Positions 47,945-59,007 of a stretch of 64,000 nt of DNA are shown here, in pieces. Below the pieces are notes generated by a model, which was not told where the DNA came from, made no database searches, and worked only from the letters and a program-made list of their open reading frames with translations. Source of the stretch: an uncultured virus (IMG/VR IMGVR_UViG_3300029305_002672) (taxonomy: Duplodnaviria > Heunggongvirae > Uroviricota > Caudoviricetes); the IMG/VR virus record IMGVR_UViG_3300029305_002672, one strand, 5' to 3'. The position numbers and the translations under genes are program-made. Positions within the stretch are counted from its first letter, which is position 1. Each line of letters starts with the position of its first letter.

Positions 47945-48066
47945 GCCGTTTTTGTACAAAACGTAGAAAACAGAAAACTTTCAGAAAACCGCTTGAAATT
48001 TACCAGAAAAGTGGTATAATATACTCACAGCAAACGCACAGAAACAAGACAGAAAAATAACAGAAA
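47945..48066 (+). promoter_or_regulatory. Early promoter P1 embedded in CAGAAA(A) repeats
   Basis: TTGAAA(47993)..TGgTATAAT(48015-48020); multiple CAGAAAA copies; homologous to 57705-57802. Confidence 0.65.
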
Positions 48067-48080
48067 GAGGAAACAAAAGC

Positions 48081-50202
48081 ATGTTTAAAGCGGGTGACAT
48101 AGTACAAGCAAAAAAAGAGTGGTTAGCCCCCTACGAAACGCAAGAGGACACGATGGGAATTGTTGTTGATTATAATCCCGACAATGATTATCTCCAAATT
48201 GGAGTCTTAAACCCTCAAGACTATGCGCTTCCGCCCATATTTAACGGCAGAGGATGCTATTATGAGGTAGTAAAAAACTGACATGAAAGTTTACAGAAAG
48301 CTCACGCTTGAGGAGCGAAAGAAGACGTTCGACAATTATCAAGCCCTCTGTGCAGAGCACAGCGAACTGATACCTTTTGAGGACTTCGACCAGTACGACC
48401 GCGAACAAGAAAAGCTCGACCTGGTCTTCGATGCCGAGACGCTTGAATGCCTCGGATGAACCGCGCACATAAAGAAAGGAAAGTAACATGAAACTGTACG
48501 ACCTCGCAATGACAATCGAGCACGCTGACCAAAAGGTCCGCGTGCTTGACAGCAAAACCCAGCGCGAGTGCTTTTCGGGCACCGCCGACCAGCTCCTCGA
48601 CTATTCCGGGCTCAATTATAGAAGGGTGACCGGAATATCCCTTGAGGGCGACGTACTGAAAGTACGGGCGAAGGTATAAGCGTATGAAGGTGAAAGACGT
48701 TTTGAAAGGCTTGCAATCAAAATACGATTTGCAAGAAATCAATATTATTGAACCCGATAGGGTCATTTATAGCGGAACCCTTGACGGTTGGAAAGCAACC
48801 TCGGTCGATATGATTCTATACAAGAAGAAAATCGAAAGCCAAGAAGTAGAGCACAAAATTATATTTAACAATCGTAAAGCATTCTTGTTTATAGCGCCGA
48901 TTGGTGCATTTTACCCTGTAAAGTAACACCACCAGAGCGTTCTATATCACAGAACACAGAACAATAGAAAGGAGGAACCACCATGAAAAAGATTATCCAA
49001 GCAATCGCAGACTTCTTTACCGGCTTTGCGGTGGTGCTCGACGAGAGCCGCCGCACCAATGAGGACGGCTCCTGGGACAAGTATTGGGAGCGCCGCAACC
49101 GCAGAGAAGCGCGCAGAGAGGCAAAAATCGCCCACAAGCGCACAAAAAGCCAAGCTTGGCAGAGTTGAACGCCGAGCCGAATAAAACGCGCCACGCGGCA
49201 AATTTTCGGCATCGTGGCGGCAAAATCAGGAGGAAGCAGACATGACAAACACAAAATTCCCGCTCGGAACGCTCGTCATCACCCCAAACGCAAAGGCGGC
49301 ACTCGACGCACTCGATGCAAACGGACTCGCTGAGATGTTCATCGCGCTCATGGGAAGACACGCAAAGGGCGATTGGGGCGAAATCTCGGATGACAGCAAG
49401 GAAGCAAACGACGAATCCGTGAAGAACGGAGGGGACATGATTCTGTCCGCCTACACTATCGGAGACACCCGCTTCTGGATCATCACCGAGCACGACCGCT
49501 CCGCAACCACCATCCTGCTCCCCGAAGACTATTAATAGAGGGCGGCCATTGTGCCGCCTCCCCTCAAAGAAAGGAAATACTATGGAAACAAGAACGATTA
49601 CCCAGGTAAGAGTTTACAAGCTCATTCTGAACCCTATGACGGCAAACGCAGAGGCTGGCGAATTAGTCGCCGCCAGCACCGACTATCAAAAACTGGTCGA
49701 CTGGTACAATTCCCAAAAGGCTCCCGAACCGTGGAGAGACGGGCAATGGAACAAAGTATTTGCAGAAGGCTCTCCTCTGGAATGGCACAACCCCGCTGAT
49801 AATCTTGAACTGAATGCCCCCGATATATTTAATCACGGGATTCGTGATGAATGGGTCGCGGAGTCAGTGTATATTGACGTTATCAACTCCGGAAGATTGC
49901 TCATTATTGAATAATGCCCCATCAAAAGAAAGGTATAGGTAAGACAAGTGATTAAATGCAAATGGATTAAGAAGACAGACAAAGCAAAATATAAAATCAA
50001 GGGCAACGTTAAAGCAATTGCTCTTGAAGTGCTGACGGTCATCAAAGAAGCTTATCAAATAGCCTCTCCCCTCGAAAGAGCAATGCTCAAAGATTTAATC
50101 CTCTCCAATTTGAAAGATAACGGTCCTGTGTTCGGCGGCATACCAATGACCGTCAAATACGACCCTCCGTTATCAAAAGACACCGAAAATTCCCCTAATT
50201 AA
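48081..50202 (+). other. Run of small early hypothetical genes (48081-48281, 48283-48459, 48488-48679, 48684-48926, 48983-49168, 49242-49535, 49582-49914, 49948-50202)
   Basis: Closely packed + strand ORFs, most with SD (AGAAAGGA/AGGAGG). Confidence 0.6.
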
Positions 50203-50327
50203 CCCCATTCTAAAAACTCAAAAAATACCCCCAAATAACCAAACCTACGACCCCTCCCAGAACGCCCTGTGGATTGGTCTGTGGATAACCCCAAAAACCT
50301 GTTGACAAAGAAAGAAAGGAAACCAAA

Positions 50328-52184
50328 ATGAGCAAGACAAGCAACAACCCCGCTGACCTCGTCAACGCGCTTCGCACGATGACCGAGCAGCCAGACTCCC
50401 ACCAGCGCATGGTGTACATCCCCATCGGAGACTTACTCCCGCACCCTGACAACCCCCGTCAAGACTTGGGCGACCTGTCCGAGCTGACCGACAGCATCAT
50501 AGCCAACGGCGTGATGCAGAACCTCACCGTAGTACCGTGCATCAAAGACTCCAACACATACGACCGTATGCTGGACGGACGTGATGACGGAGCCATAAGG
50601 TATTCGGAAGCTTACCGCCAACACGCCATCACCCACGCCTTCACCAACAAGTACACCGTAGTCATCGGACACCGCCGCCTTGCCGCCTCCGACCTGGCGG
50701 GACTGAAAGAGCTGCCGTGCGTGATAGTCGATATGGACTATCCCACCCAGATCGCGACCATGATGACCGAGAACCTGCAGCGTCGAGACTTGACGGTCTA
50801 CGAGCAGGCGCAGGGCTTCAAGCAGCTGTCCATCAACTTCGGCATGAGCGCAGAGCGTATCGCCGAAAAGACAGGCTTCTCGGCCACAACGGTACGCCGA
50901 CGTCTGAAGCTGTGCGACCTGAACCAAGACACTCTCAAGGAAGTGTCCGGGCGTCAGATCAACATGACGGACTTTGAGCGCCTCGACAAAATCGACGACC
51001 CCAAGCTCCGCGATGAGGCATTAAAGGAAATCGGCACGTTTAACTTCAACAACAAGTGCTATGTTGCCGAGCAGGAGATTAAGAAAAAGAAAAAGAGGGA
51101 AGCATGGCAGAAAATCTGCAAGGAAGCCGGACTAATTGAGGTGTCCGAGAACACGGGCAACAAGAGAGACAAATACGACTATGTCGCCGGTCTTTACGGC
51201 GATACGCCCAGCCGTGAGCAGATCGAAAAGTACATTACTGACGGTCGCACGCTTTACTTCTACATCGACCGCTGGGGATACGCATACATCGTATCTCGCA
51301 AGGATGACGAAAACTCCATCACACCCGAGCAGCTGAAGAAACAGGAGGAGGAGCAAAAGCGCGAAGCCACATGCGCTGCCCTTGCAGAAGCTTTGGAGAG
51401 GGCATTCAAACTGCGATACGACTTCATCGACTCATTTACCGAGACCACGGCAAAGAAGCACGTGCCTGAGATTATGCGATTTGCAGCCCGTGTGAACGTC
51501 TGCTACGGCGGGGACTTCGACAGTGAGCTGTTTTGGAAGCTCATGGGTGGCACCGAGGAGCGGTGGGAAGAGCTTGAGGATGCAGAGTGGGACGAAGTCT
51601 ACGCATCGGTCAAAGACTCTGTGACAGATGCCCCCCACTTTGCCGCGCTGGCCATGGCTTATGCCGGCTTCTGCGATACACCTAACAACCATTGCTATGA
51701 CTATTGGGGCAACTATGTAAAATCACCCCAGCTGTCGGATTTGTATGAGCACCTCTGCGAGCTCGGATACGAGATGTCGGATGAAGAGAGGGAGCTGATG
51801 GACGGTACCAGCGCGCTCTACCATCGAAACGAAGCTGAGGAGCCTGCCCAGGAAGAGCCCGACGAGGAAACCCCGGAAGATGCCATCGAGGAAACTGTGG
51901 CAGAGGAGATCGCCGAGGAAATAGATGACGAGGATGAGCCGAAAACACGCTTTGATGTATTCTCCCAGATGAGCCCAGAAACCATCATGGAGAAATTCGG
52001 GTGTAATCGCACAAATGCGGTCTGTATGGTAAATACGGAGACGCCGCAAGCCATGGCGGATAGCATATACAACTGGTTCTGCCCTCCCGGCAAGAACTGT
52101 GAGCACAACGTCGACGGCGGCTGCGTCGGCTGCATCGAAGCATGGCTGAAAGAGCCCTACCAAGAAGGCGAACTAAATGGCTGA
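50328..52184 (+). CDS. ParB/Spo0J-family protein with a long C-terminal extension
   Basis: PHPDNPR..L.EL..SI..NGV.Q, IGHRRL.A, ENLQR.DL..EQA and an HTH. Confidence 0.85.
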   Translation: MSKTSNNPADLVNALRTMTEQPDSHQRMVYIPIGDLLPHPDNPRQDLGDLSELTDSIIANGVMQNLTVVPCIKDSNTYDRMLDGRDDGAIRYSEAYRQHAITHAFTNKYTVVIGHRRLAASDLAGLKELPCVIVDMDYPTQIATMMTENLQRRDLTVYEQAQGFKQLSINFGMSAERIAEKTGFSATTVRRRLKLCDLNQDTLKEVSGRQINMTDFERLDKIDDPKLRDEALKEIGTFNFNNKCYVAEQEIKKKKKREAWQKICKEAGLIEVSENTGNKRDKYDYVAGLYGDTPSREQIEKYITDGRTLYFYIDRWGYAYIVSRKDDENSITPEQLKKQEEEQKREATCAALAEALERAFKLRYDFIDSFTETTAKKHVPEIMRFAARVNVCYGGDFDSELFWKLMGGTEERWEELEDAEWDEVYASVKDSVTDAPHFAALAMAYAGFCDTPNNHCYDYWGNYVKSPQLSDLYEHLCELGYEMSDEERELMDGTSALYHRNEAEEPAQEEPDEETPEDAIEETVAEEIAEEIDDEDEPKTRFDVFSQMSPETIMEKFGCNRTNAVCMVNTETPQAMADSIYNWFCPPGKNCEHNVDGGCVGCIEAWLKEPYQEGELNG

Positions 52185-52584
52185 ACGTAAGCAGACCGTC
52201 TTTGCTACGGACTTCACCTGCGACGGTAAATGCTCAAACTGCGGCTGTTGCTGCAGCGGGATGCTTCCTCTCTCCTCCAAAGAGGTCAAGACCATCAAAG
52301 CCTACATGAGGAAGCATCCCATCAAAGAGCAACGACATAATGCGGCGTCGGGCACCGACCTGACTTGCCCTTTTAGAGATGAGCGGAATCGGAAGTGCCT
52401 AATCTACGAAGTCCGCCCGGCGATATGCCGCACATTTATCTGCAATCAGTCTTTGCCGGAGATGGAGAGAAACAAGGCACGGTTCAACTCCATCTATGAC
52501 ACGGTATTCATGAGGGCGGAGTTCTTCGGGAACACCGAGGACAGAGACTGGTTCCGCGAAACCATGAAACAAATAATGCTCTGA
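52177..52584 (+). CDS. YkgJ-family CxxCxxCC protein
   Basis: CSNCGCCC, CPF and CLIYEVRPAICR. Confidence 0.8.
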   Translation: MAERKQTVFATDFTCDGKCSNCGCCCSGMLPLSSKEVKTIKAYMRKHPIKEQRHNAASGTDLTCPFRDERNRKCLIYEVRPAICRTFICNQSLPEMERNKARFNSIYDTVFMRAEFFGNTEDRDWFRETMKQIML

Positions 52585-52612
52585 CCAGAGCACCATCAAG
52601 GAGATAACGTAA

Positions 52613-54720
52613 ATGACCGAATTAGAAAAAGCCAGAGCCAACCGCTTTGCAGAGATTGATTTTAACAAATTGGCGGCTGAGCTTAGTAAAGATTTTGAAT
52701 CACTTCACGATATTGTAAAAAACAATACTTTTAGCACCTTGCGCCAAACCCCAGCCACTGTTCTAAACCCCACCGTGAACGTTGTATTAGCACTCAACAA
52801 CTTTATAAACGCTTTGCGAATTGAAGGGCGTGACATTCCATTAGTTGTCGGAGGAATCCTCGTTCTTTTGGAAACCATATACGTCCAAATGGATGAGCAA
52901 GAAAAGCTTGTCGCAGAGGCAATCAAGAATATCATTATGCCCGGCGTGACGTCGGTAAATATGAGCTATCTGGCAAAGGAAGGCAGAAAGAACGGTGGCT
53001 CACAAGTATAAAATCGGCGACCGTGTAGTATACCATGCCGTGCATTTTGGCAACAGCGAGCTGGACGGAAGGACGGGCACCATCGTGATGATAGATGACA
53101 CGGGATGCCCGTACACGGTCCGTCTGGATGAGCCGTATGCCTTTAGCGTGCGCGACACACGCATCAAGGGATACACCAAAAACCACGGCCGGCTATGGTG
53201 GTGCCAGGAAGCTAACCTGGCACCATTGGAAGAGTCGCAAACCAATCAAGATATACAAGACGAAAGTGAGATAGAAGAAATGGCAAAATTCGAATGGACT
53301 AACGAGAAAGTCGAGAAGCTGAAGGAGTTTGTCAGAGCAGGCAGGAGCCGCACGGAAATGATGACTTATTTTGACTGCGACTATAAGGTCCTCGACAACA
53401 AACTGACAAAACTGCGCCAGGAAGACCCCACACTTCCCGGCGGGTACCGCAAAAAAGAAAATACGGAGGCAAAGCCTTCCGCCGAACCCGAGCAAGAGGG
53501 CGAGCTCAACGACCTGGAGCAAGCATTGGCTGATATCATCACCGAAAAGGAGAATGAGATCGACAAGCTCACGGGCGATATCAAAAACCTTCAAGACCAA
53601 CTGCAGGAAAGCCAACTTTTGAATGAAGAGCTCGGGGTGCAAAACCGCGCTCTGTCCGATAAGGTAAATGACCTTGAGAGTGAGCTTCGGGACACGCTGG
53701 ATGCGCTGAACATGACCGAGACCAGACTCGATGAGGAGCTGAAGAACCTCGTCGAGAAGAACAAACAGCTGGAAATGACACAAAACTCCCACGTGCAGGT
53801 TGTTGCCACCATCGGCAAGGAGAATGCCCGCCTGACCAGAATGGTCTTGAAATTGGTAGAGCAGCTTCTGGGAGGAGATGAGGAACTGTGAAAGACAGAT
53901 ACCAACAATCCACCATAACATGGACGGGGGAAATTCCACCCCGAGAAAGGAGAAAAAACCGAATGAGATCAACAATATTCATTGTTATGTACTTTATATT
54001 CGCCATCGTTTTTGTGGGCTGCATAACAGCTGCGGCGGTCTTCTTTAACAAGAGCGGTCTGCTGTGGTGGTTTATACTGCCCACCATCACCACGTTCTTC
54101 GCGCTTATAAGCTGCGCCGGAAAGGAATGACCATGGCTGAGGACGTTAAGTATGTCTACCGCGGCGAGTCGTACACAAAGGGCGAGGCAGCCGTGATGAC
54201 TATTTACGAAATACGTAGAGGACTCGAAGTGTTCATATGGCGCGGTTACCGTTATCCGAACAGCCCTATACTGCGCTGCTATCCCCATAAAGCCACCGCG
54301 TGCGGGATTGGAGATGGCATAAACCGCCCTATGTTTAGGATGCATGAAAACAAACTGGTTTCAGAAAGGAAATAAGCAATGACACCGATTATCATAATTA
54401 CCGCCATCATTCTCAGCGCCTTGGTTGTTTCGGTTGTTATACTCATCAAATTACACAACGCAGCCTACAACCACGCTATCATTATTTTCGCCATTGCATG
54501 GCGCAAAAAAGACCGTTTGGAAGCGGAAGACTTCCAGCACATAAACGATGTGGATTGGTCTGATATGGAGGACTTAGAAAAAACCTGCTACCGCCTGACA
54601 GATTGGGGATACAAGCGAATACTTCCGAAAGAGAAATATGAACTGATAGAACCGTTCATCGACCGTAAGGCGGCTGTGAAAGAGTACCTTGAATGCATTA
54701 AACAACGTAACCACCCGTAA
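52613..54720 (+). other. Hypothetical genes 52613-53011, 52995-53891 (coiled coil), 53888-54130 (membrane), 54133-54375, 54379-54720
   Basis: Overlapping or abutting + strand ORFs with SDs. Confidence 0.55.
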
Positions 54721-54979
54721 AACAAAAGATAATTGCGCGAGAATCGCCCTGAGCAACACCCAGCATTTGTCAATCGGGGCAGAACGCCCCCAAAAACGCC
54801 CCACAACGCACGAAGCGGAGCGGAGGCACAGAAACCAACCCGCAAACCGAAACGCCGCGCGAGGGGAGAATTTCAACCCCTCGGCGGCAGTTTGAGACAA
54901 TATCACCTTGAACCCCCGGCAAATATGCTGTAGAATACACAGATAGAGACAAGTAAAGAAACAGATAGGAGGCAGAAAG

Positions 54980-55756
54980 ATGCCGAAACGTATAATGTTC
55001 GCCCTCCAGAAAGGCGGAGTGGGAAAGACAAGCAGCACCGTGGTCGTAGCAGAAATACTCGCGGCTGCGGGATATAGGGTCCTTGTTGCGGACTTCGACT
55101 CTCAAGGCAATGCCACCAAGATTCTGACACAGGACAGCATATATAAATATTCCGGGAACACCATCATGGAAGCTATCCAGCAAAGGGACGCGGAACCGTA
55201 CATCGTACCCATCAAGGACGGTCTCGACCTGATACCTGCAGAGGATAAGCTCGCCATGTTCAGCCGACACATCTACACCCATAAGATCGAGAACCCATAC
55301 GGTGTACTGAAAAGGCTCCTGGAGCCGATAGAATCGGAGTATGACTTCGTCTTCATCGACGCCGGACCATCGCTGGGCGACCATATGATAAACGCCCTTG
55401 TGTACGTCGATGACGTCATCGTGCCGGTGGACATGGGAGACCTGGCGCTCGATGCGTTGGTGCGCTTCGTTGAATTCGTCGATGCCACGCGAGAGGAAGG
55501 TCACACGAACGCCGAGATAACGGGCATCCTCCTCACCATGAAGGACGGTAGGGAGACCCGATACGAGCGGGACGTTGCTGCCGGGCTCCGCGCCGAGTAC
55601 GGGGAGCTCGTCATAGACACGGCCATCCATCGACGTGTCAAAATCAAAGAAATATCCGCAACAGGAATCAACCTAAACGAACCCGCCATGGAGGACTATT
55701 TCTCCCTCGTGGAGGAAATGATAGCGAGAATGAACCATAAGGAGGCAAGACCATGA
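54980..55756 (+). CDS. parA: ParA/Soj partition ATPase
   Basis: QKGGVGKT, DFDSQGNAT and YDFVFIDAGP; upstream promoter TTGAAC-17 bp-TAGAAT. Confidence 0.9.
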   Translation: MPKRIMFALQKGGVGKTSSTVVVAEILAAAGYRVLVADFDSQGNATKILTQDSIYKYSGNTIMEAIQQRDAEPYIVPIKDGLDLIPAEDKLAMFSRHIYTHKIENPYGVLKRLLEPIESEYDFVFIDAGPSLGDHMINALVYVDDVIVPVDMGDLALDALVRFVEFVDATREEGHTNAEITGILLTMKDGRETRYERDVAAGLRAEYGELVIDTAIHRRVKIKEISATGINLNEPAMEDYFSLVEEMIARMNHKEARP

Positions 55757-56109
55757 GCAAAGAAAAGAAAGAGACAACGCAAGAGCGTCTTGAGCGCATG
55801 AAGCGTGAAAGAGAGGAAGCAGCAAAGAAGACGGGGAGCACAGACAGCAGCCTCATCGACCAGCTGACCCATACATCTGACGGAGAACCGAACTTCGCTG
55901 AGATCGCCCGGAAGCTGCGCGAACGCCAGGAGCAGGAGACCAAGGGTGAAAATGACGGATACGTCAAGATGACCATCTACATCCGCGAGGATATAGCCGA
56001 CGCCTTCAGCTCGCTGGTCACCAAGCGCGGTCAGCAGAAAGAATTCGCCAATATCGCCTTTGCAGACTTTGTACAAAAGAAAATCCGTGAGCTCGGACTT
56101 GATAAATAA
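55753..56109 (+). CDS. Small partition partner with a C-terminal ribbon-helix-helix-like segment
   Basis: ATGA-coupled to parA; VKMTIYIREDIADAF...QKEFANIAF RHH pattern. Confidence 0.6.
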   Translation: MSKEKKETTQERLERMKREREEAAKKTGSTDSSLIDQLTHTSDGEPNFAEIARKLRERQEQETKGENDGYVKMTIYIREDIADAFSSLVTKRGQQKEFANIAFADFVQKKIRELGLDK

Positions 56110-56125
56110 AAATCCTGCGAACGTA

Positions 56126-56158
56126 AAGAAAAACACACGAAATCGTGTGTTTTTTCTT
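56126..56158. terminator. Bidirectional terminator between the par genes and the recombinase
   Basis: AAGAAAAACACACG-AAAT-CGTGTGTTTTTTCTT. Confidence 0.75.
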
Positions 56159-56241
56159 ATTTTACCGACAATTACCATCGAACATATGTGCTTTTGTGTG
56201 ATAAAATCGAATTGTACCAAAATTATTAATACCTATCCTCC

Positions 56242-57645
56242 TTACAACGACCACTCAATGCGCACATCCCCGCCATTGATATGTATGCTGTCCACCAGCT
56301 GAAAGAGTAGAACCCGTCGACCTCGAATATCCGCATCATTCCATCCGAACGCAACATCACGGAGCACGGACCTCAAACCGTTTACATCGTATTGCTTCGG
56401 CACATCCACCCGAACTTCGGGCGCAACCTTCATTCTTTCGGCGTGAGCCTGCCCTATTCTATCAGCGACCTCGGAAACAGATGCAAGTGCGTCGTGCTGG
56501 AGCAAGTCCATGAGCCTGTTTATTTCTTCCGTCAGACGCTCAAACTCCCCGGACTTGGGACCAGCGACAGAGCTGCCAGCCATGGCGGCTCTTTTTTTTA
56601 CAATCTCGTCGACCTGCGTCGGATCGGACGCAAGATGCAGCACCTTCGCCTCCACCATAGCGTCGAGCTCCTCCACGGGAATGTGCGGAGCCATGCACGA
56701 CGGGTCTTTTATCATCTTCTTGTTCTTTTTCGCGCGGGAGTGGCACGAATATACCACCCTACCATTAGGACGCTTGTGAGGGAAATATCGCGCCCCACAG
56801 GACGCGCAGTAAATCAACCCTGTTAGTAGGTAGGCGCTGTCCCCGGAGGCTTCAGCGCGTTTCTGGCGAGCCCTACGAGCCTTCACGCGGCGGTCAACGT
56901 CCTCCGGCACGATAGCCGTATGACGCCCCCTGCTCAAAACACCATCGAAATGCACGGTACCGGCATAGAGCGGATTGTCAAGCACGTTCCCGACGGTCGA
57001 CGTGTGCGACCAATCGCCGTGCTTGGTACGGTACCCATCCATCCGCCGGGAAATCTCCGTGACCGAGAAGCCGTCAGCAAAGAATCCGTAGACCATCCGC
57101 ACCTGCTCCGCCTCTGCTGCATTCACGACCAATTCACCATCAACGTAGTCGTAGCCGATAGGGTCCGTTCCACCGCCATGCCAGAGCCCCTCTTCGGCGC
57201 GCCCGGCGCGTCCCATCAGAGTGCGCTCGGCAATCGTCTCGCGCTCCATTTGGGCGAAGACACTGAGGATGCCCACCATGGCGCGACCGTAGATCGTCGT
57301 TGTGTCGAATGATTCCTGCATCGAAACAAAATCCACACCGTTCGCCATGAAGACGTCTTCAATCAGATACAGCGTGTCCTTTTGGGAGCGGGACAGCCTG
57401 TCCAGCTTATAGACCAGGATGACATCATACTTCCCGGCGGCAATGCCATCCATCAAATTCACGAGTCCCGGTCTGTCCATGGTAGACCCGGAGTGTCCGG
57501 GGTCGACGAACAGCCCAGCGACAACCCACCCTTTGGCCTTGCAATAGGCTATGAGCCGTTCCTTTTGCAACGGGATCGAATACCCCTCATCCTGTTTTGA
57601 CGTCGAAACCCTTACATATATCGCTACCCTTTTCATGTCCATCAT
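56242..57645 (-). CDS. Large serine recombinase (integrase)
   Basis: YVRVST..Q, D.G.SG...RP, VYKLDRLSR, recombinase domain and Zn ribbon (LLTGLIYCASCG..YSC). Confidence 0.93.
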   Translation of the reverse strand: MMDMKRVAIYVRVSTSKQDEGYSIPLQKERLIAYCKAKGWVVAGLFVDPGHSGSTMDRPGLVNLMDGIAAGKYDVILVYKLDRLSRSQKDTLYLIEDVFMANGVDFVSMQESFDTTTIYGRAMVGILSVFAQMERETIAERTLMGRAGRAEEGLWHGGGTDPIGYDYVDGELVVNAAEAEQVRMVYGFFADGFSVTEISRRMDGYRTKHGDWSHTSTVGNVLDNPLYAGTVHFDGVLSRGRHTAIVPEDVDRRVKARRARQKRAEASGDSAYLLTGLIYCASCGARYFPHKRPNGRVVYSCHSRAKKNKKMIKDPSCMAPHIPVEELDAMVEAKVLHLASDPTQVDEIVKKRAAMAGSSVAGPKSGEFERLTEEINRLMDLLQHDALASVSEVADRIGQAHAERMKVAPEVRVDVPKQYDVNGLRSVLRDVAFGWNDADIRGRRVLLFQLVDSIHINGGDVRIEWSL

Positions 57646-57704
57646 CCTTTTTGCTTTTCGACCATTATCTCATATTTAGCAAAATAGACAGAGCAAAATC
57701 CTTG

Positions 57705-57802
57705 TTTTTGTGCAAAACAGAGAAAACAGAAAAAATGCAGAAAACCCCTTGATTTTCCCCAGAAAAGTGGTAAAATGTAGGCACAGAAGAAACACAGAAA
57801 AC
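57705..57802 (+). promoter_or_regulatory. Early promoter P2 embedded in CAGAAA(A) repeats
   Basis: TTGATT(57749)..TGgTAAAAT(57771-57776); homologous to P1. Confidence 0.65.
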
Positions 57803-57834
57803 TCACAGCCCAAACCTGTAAGGAGGTGTAAAAC

Positions 57835-58302
57835 ATGAAAAAGCAGCTATACGTCGCATACGGTATCAACTTGAGCACTCTGCGAATGCGCTCCCTGAGC
57901 CCAACCGCCAAGCCCATCGCGAAGAGCTGGTTGCACGACTATCAGCTGACATTCCGCGGGCTGCCTTACGGAGCGCAAGCGACTATTGTTCCGGCTCCCG
58001 GCTATTCGGTACCGGTCGCCGTGTGGGAAATCACCGAGGACGATGAGAACCGCATGGACTTCTGGGAGAGAATCGACGGCGGCAACTACGAAAAGCAGCA
58101 CATCGTTGTCGAGGTCGACGGAGAGATGAAAGAGGCTCTCGTCTACATTATGACCCCCAAAGACACCGAGGTTTACGGAATACCGTCCAACTCGCACATG
58201 GAGCTCATATTTGACGGATACAAAGACTTCAACTTTGACACAGAAATACTGATTGAAGCCATTGTCCGCGCACATCAAGAATCTATTTTGAAGGAGGCAT
58301 AG
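57835..58302 (+). CDS. Gamma-glutamylcyclotransferase-like (AIG2) protein
   Basis: YVAYG.NL...MR..P.A, ATIVP..G..V...VWEI and ALVYIM. Confidence 0.75.
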   Translation: MKKQLYVAYGINLSTLRMRSLSPTAKPIAKSWLHDYQLTFRGLPYGAQATIVPAPGYSVPVAVWEITEDDENRMDFWERIDGGNYEKQHIVVEVDGEMKEALVYIMTPKDTEVYGIPSNSHMELIFDGYKDFNFDTEILIEAIVRAHQESILKEA

Positions 58303-58304
58303 AA

Positions 58305-58574
58305 ATGTCATACAACCAAACGCGCCGAATCGATCCGCAGGGGCGGATTATGATTCCGAGCCACATCCGAAAGGAGCTGAACCTCGAACCCGGCTGCCTT
58401 GTGACCGTTGAGCTGGGCAACGACCGAACAATCAAAGTAAAGGTAGCGCAAGCAAGGTGCGCTATTTGCGGAAAGACCATACTCGGAAAGAGTGAATTCA
58501 AAATCTGCTCGGAATGCGCTAAGAGCATTGCGAACGCCGAGAAACAGCGAGGAGGAGACCATGGTAACGATTAA
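58305..58574 (+). CDS. AbrB/MazE-family transcription regulator with a Zn finger
   Basis: RRIDPQGRIMIP..IRK.L; CAICG...ICSEC. Confidence 0.8.
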   Translation: MSYNQTRRIDPQGRIMIPSHIRKELNLEPGCLVTVELGNDRTIKVKVAQARCAICGKTILGKSEFKICSECAKSIANAEKQRGGDHGND

Positions 58575-59007
58575 GAGAGGGGACCTCCTGGAAGCCACCG
58601 AGAAGGTCATAGCCCACCAAGTCAACTGCCAAGGCATAGCCGGAGGGCTTGCGGCGGACATATTCGCCAAGTGGCCTGATGCCGGGAACGACTACCGTCA
58701 AATTTGCCAGCGCCTCAACGGTATCGCCCTCGGAATGCCACAGCTCACAGGACAACAGAAAGACGGTCATATCATCGCTAACCTTTACGGACAGTTTAAT
58801 CCCGGCGCGGACTACCGCCCCAACGCATTGAAAAACGCACTCGAATGCCTCGGAGAACTGGCACGTAAGAGCGGATGGAGCGTAGCCCTTCCGTATAAGC
58901 TCTCCTGCGGCGTCTGCGGCGGAGATTGGGAAGAAGTGCTGAGCATCATCGAAGAGACTATGGACGGCGTGGACTGCGTCATTTACCAAAGGGAGTGCGA
59001 CCAATGA
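58561..59007 (+). CDS. Macro domain protein (ADP-ribose processing)
   Basis: GDLL, IAHQVNC.G..GGLA, IANLYGQ and ALPY..CG..GG.W. Confidence 0.82.
   Translation: MVTIKRGDLLEATEKVIAHQVNCQGIAGGLAADIFAKWPDAGNDYRQICQRLNGIALGMPQLTGQQKDGHIIANLYGQFNPGADYRPNALKNALECLGELARKSGWSVALPYKLSCGVCGGDWEEVLSIIEETMDGVDCVIYQRECDQ

Noticed and set aside
50190..50198. Another TTCCCCTAA motif
   Set aside because: It is read as TCC CCT AAT in ORF 49948-50202, so CCC-TAA is not in frame and no downstream ORF is rescued.
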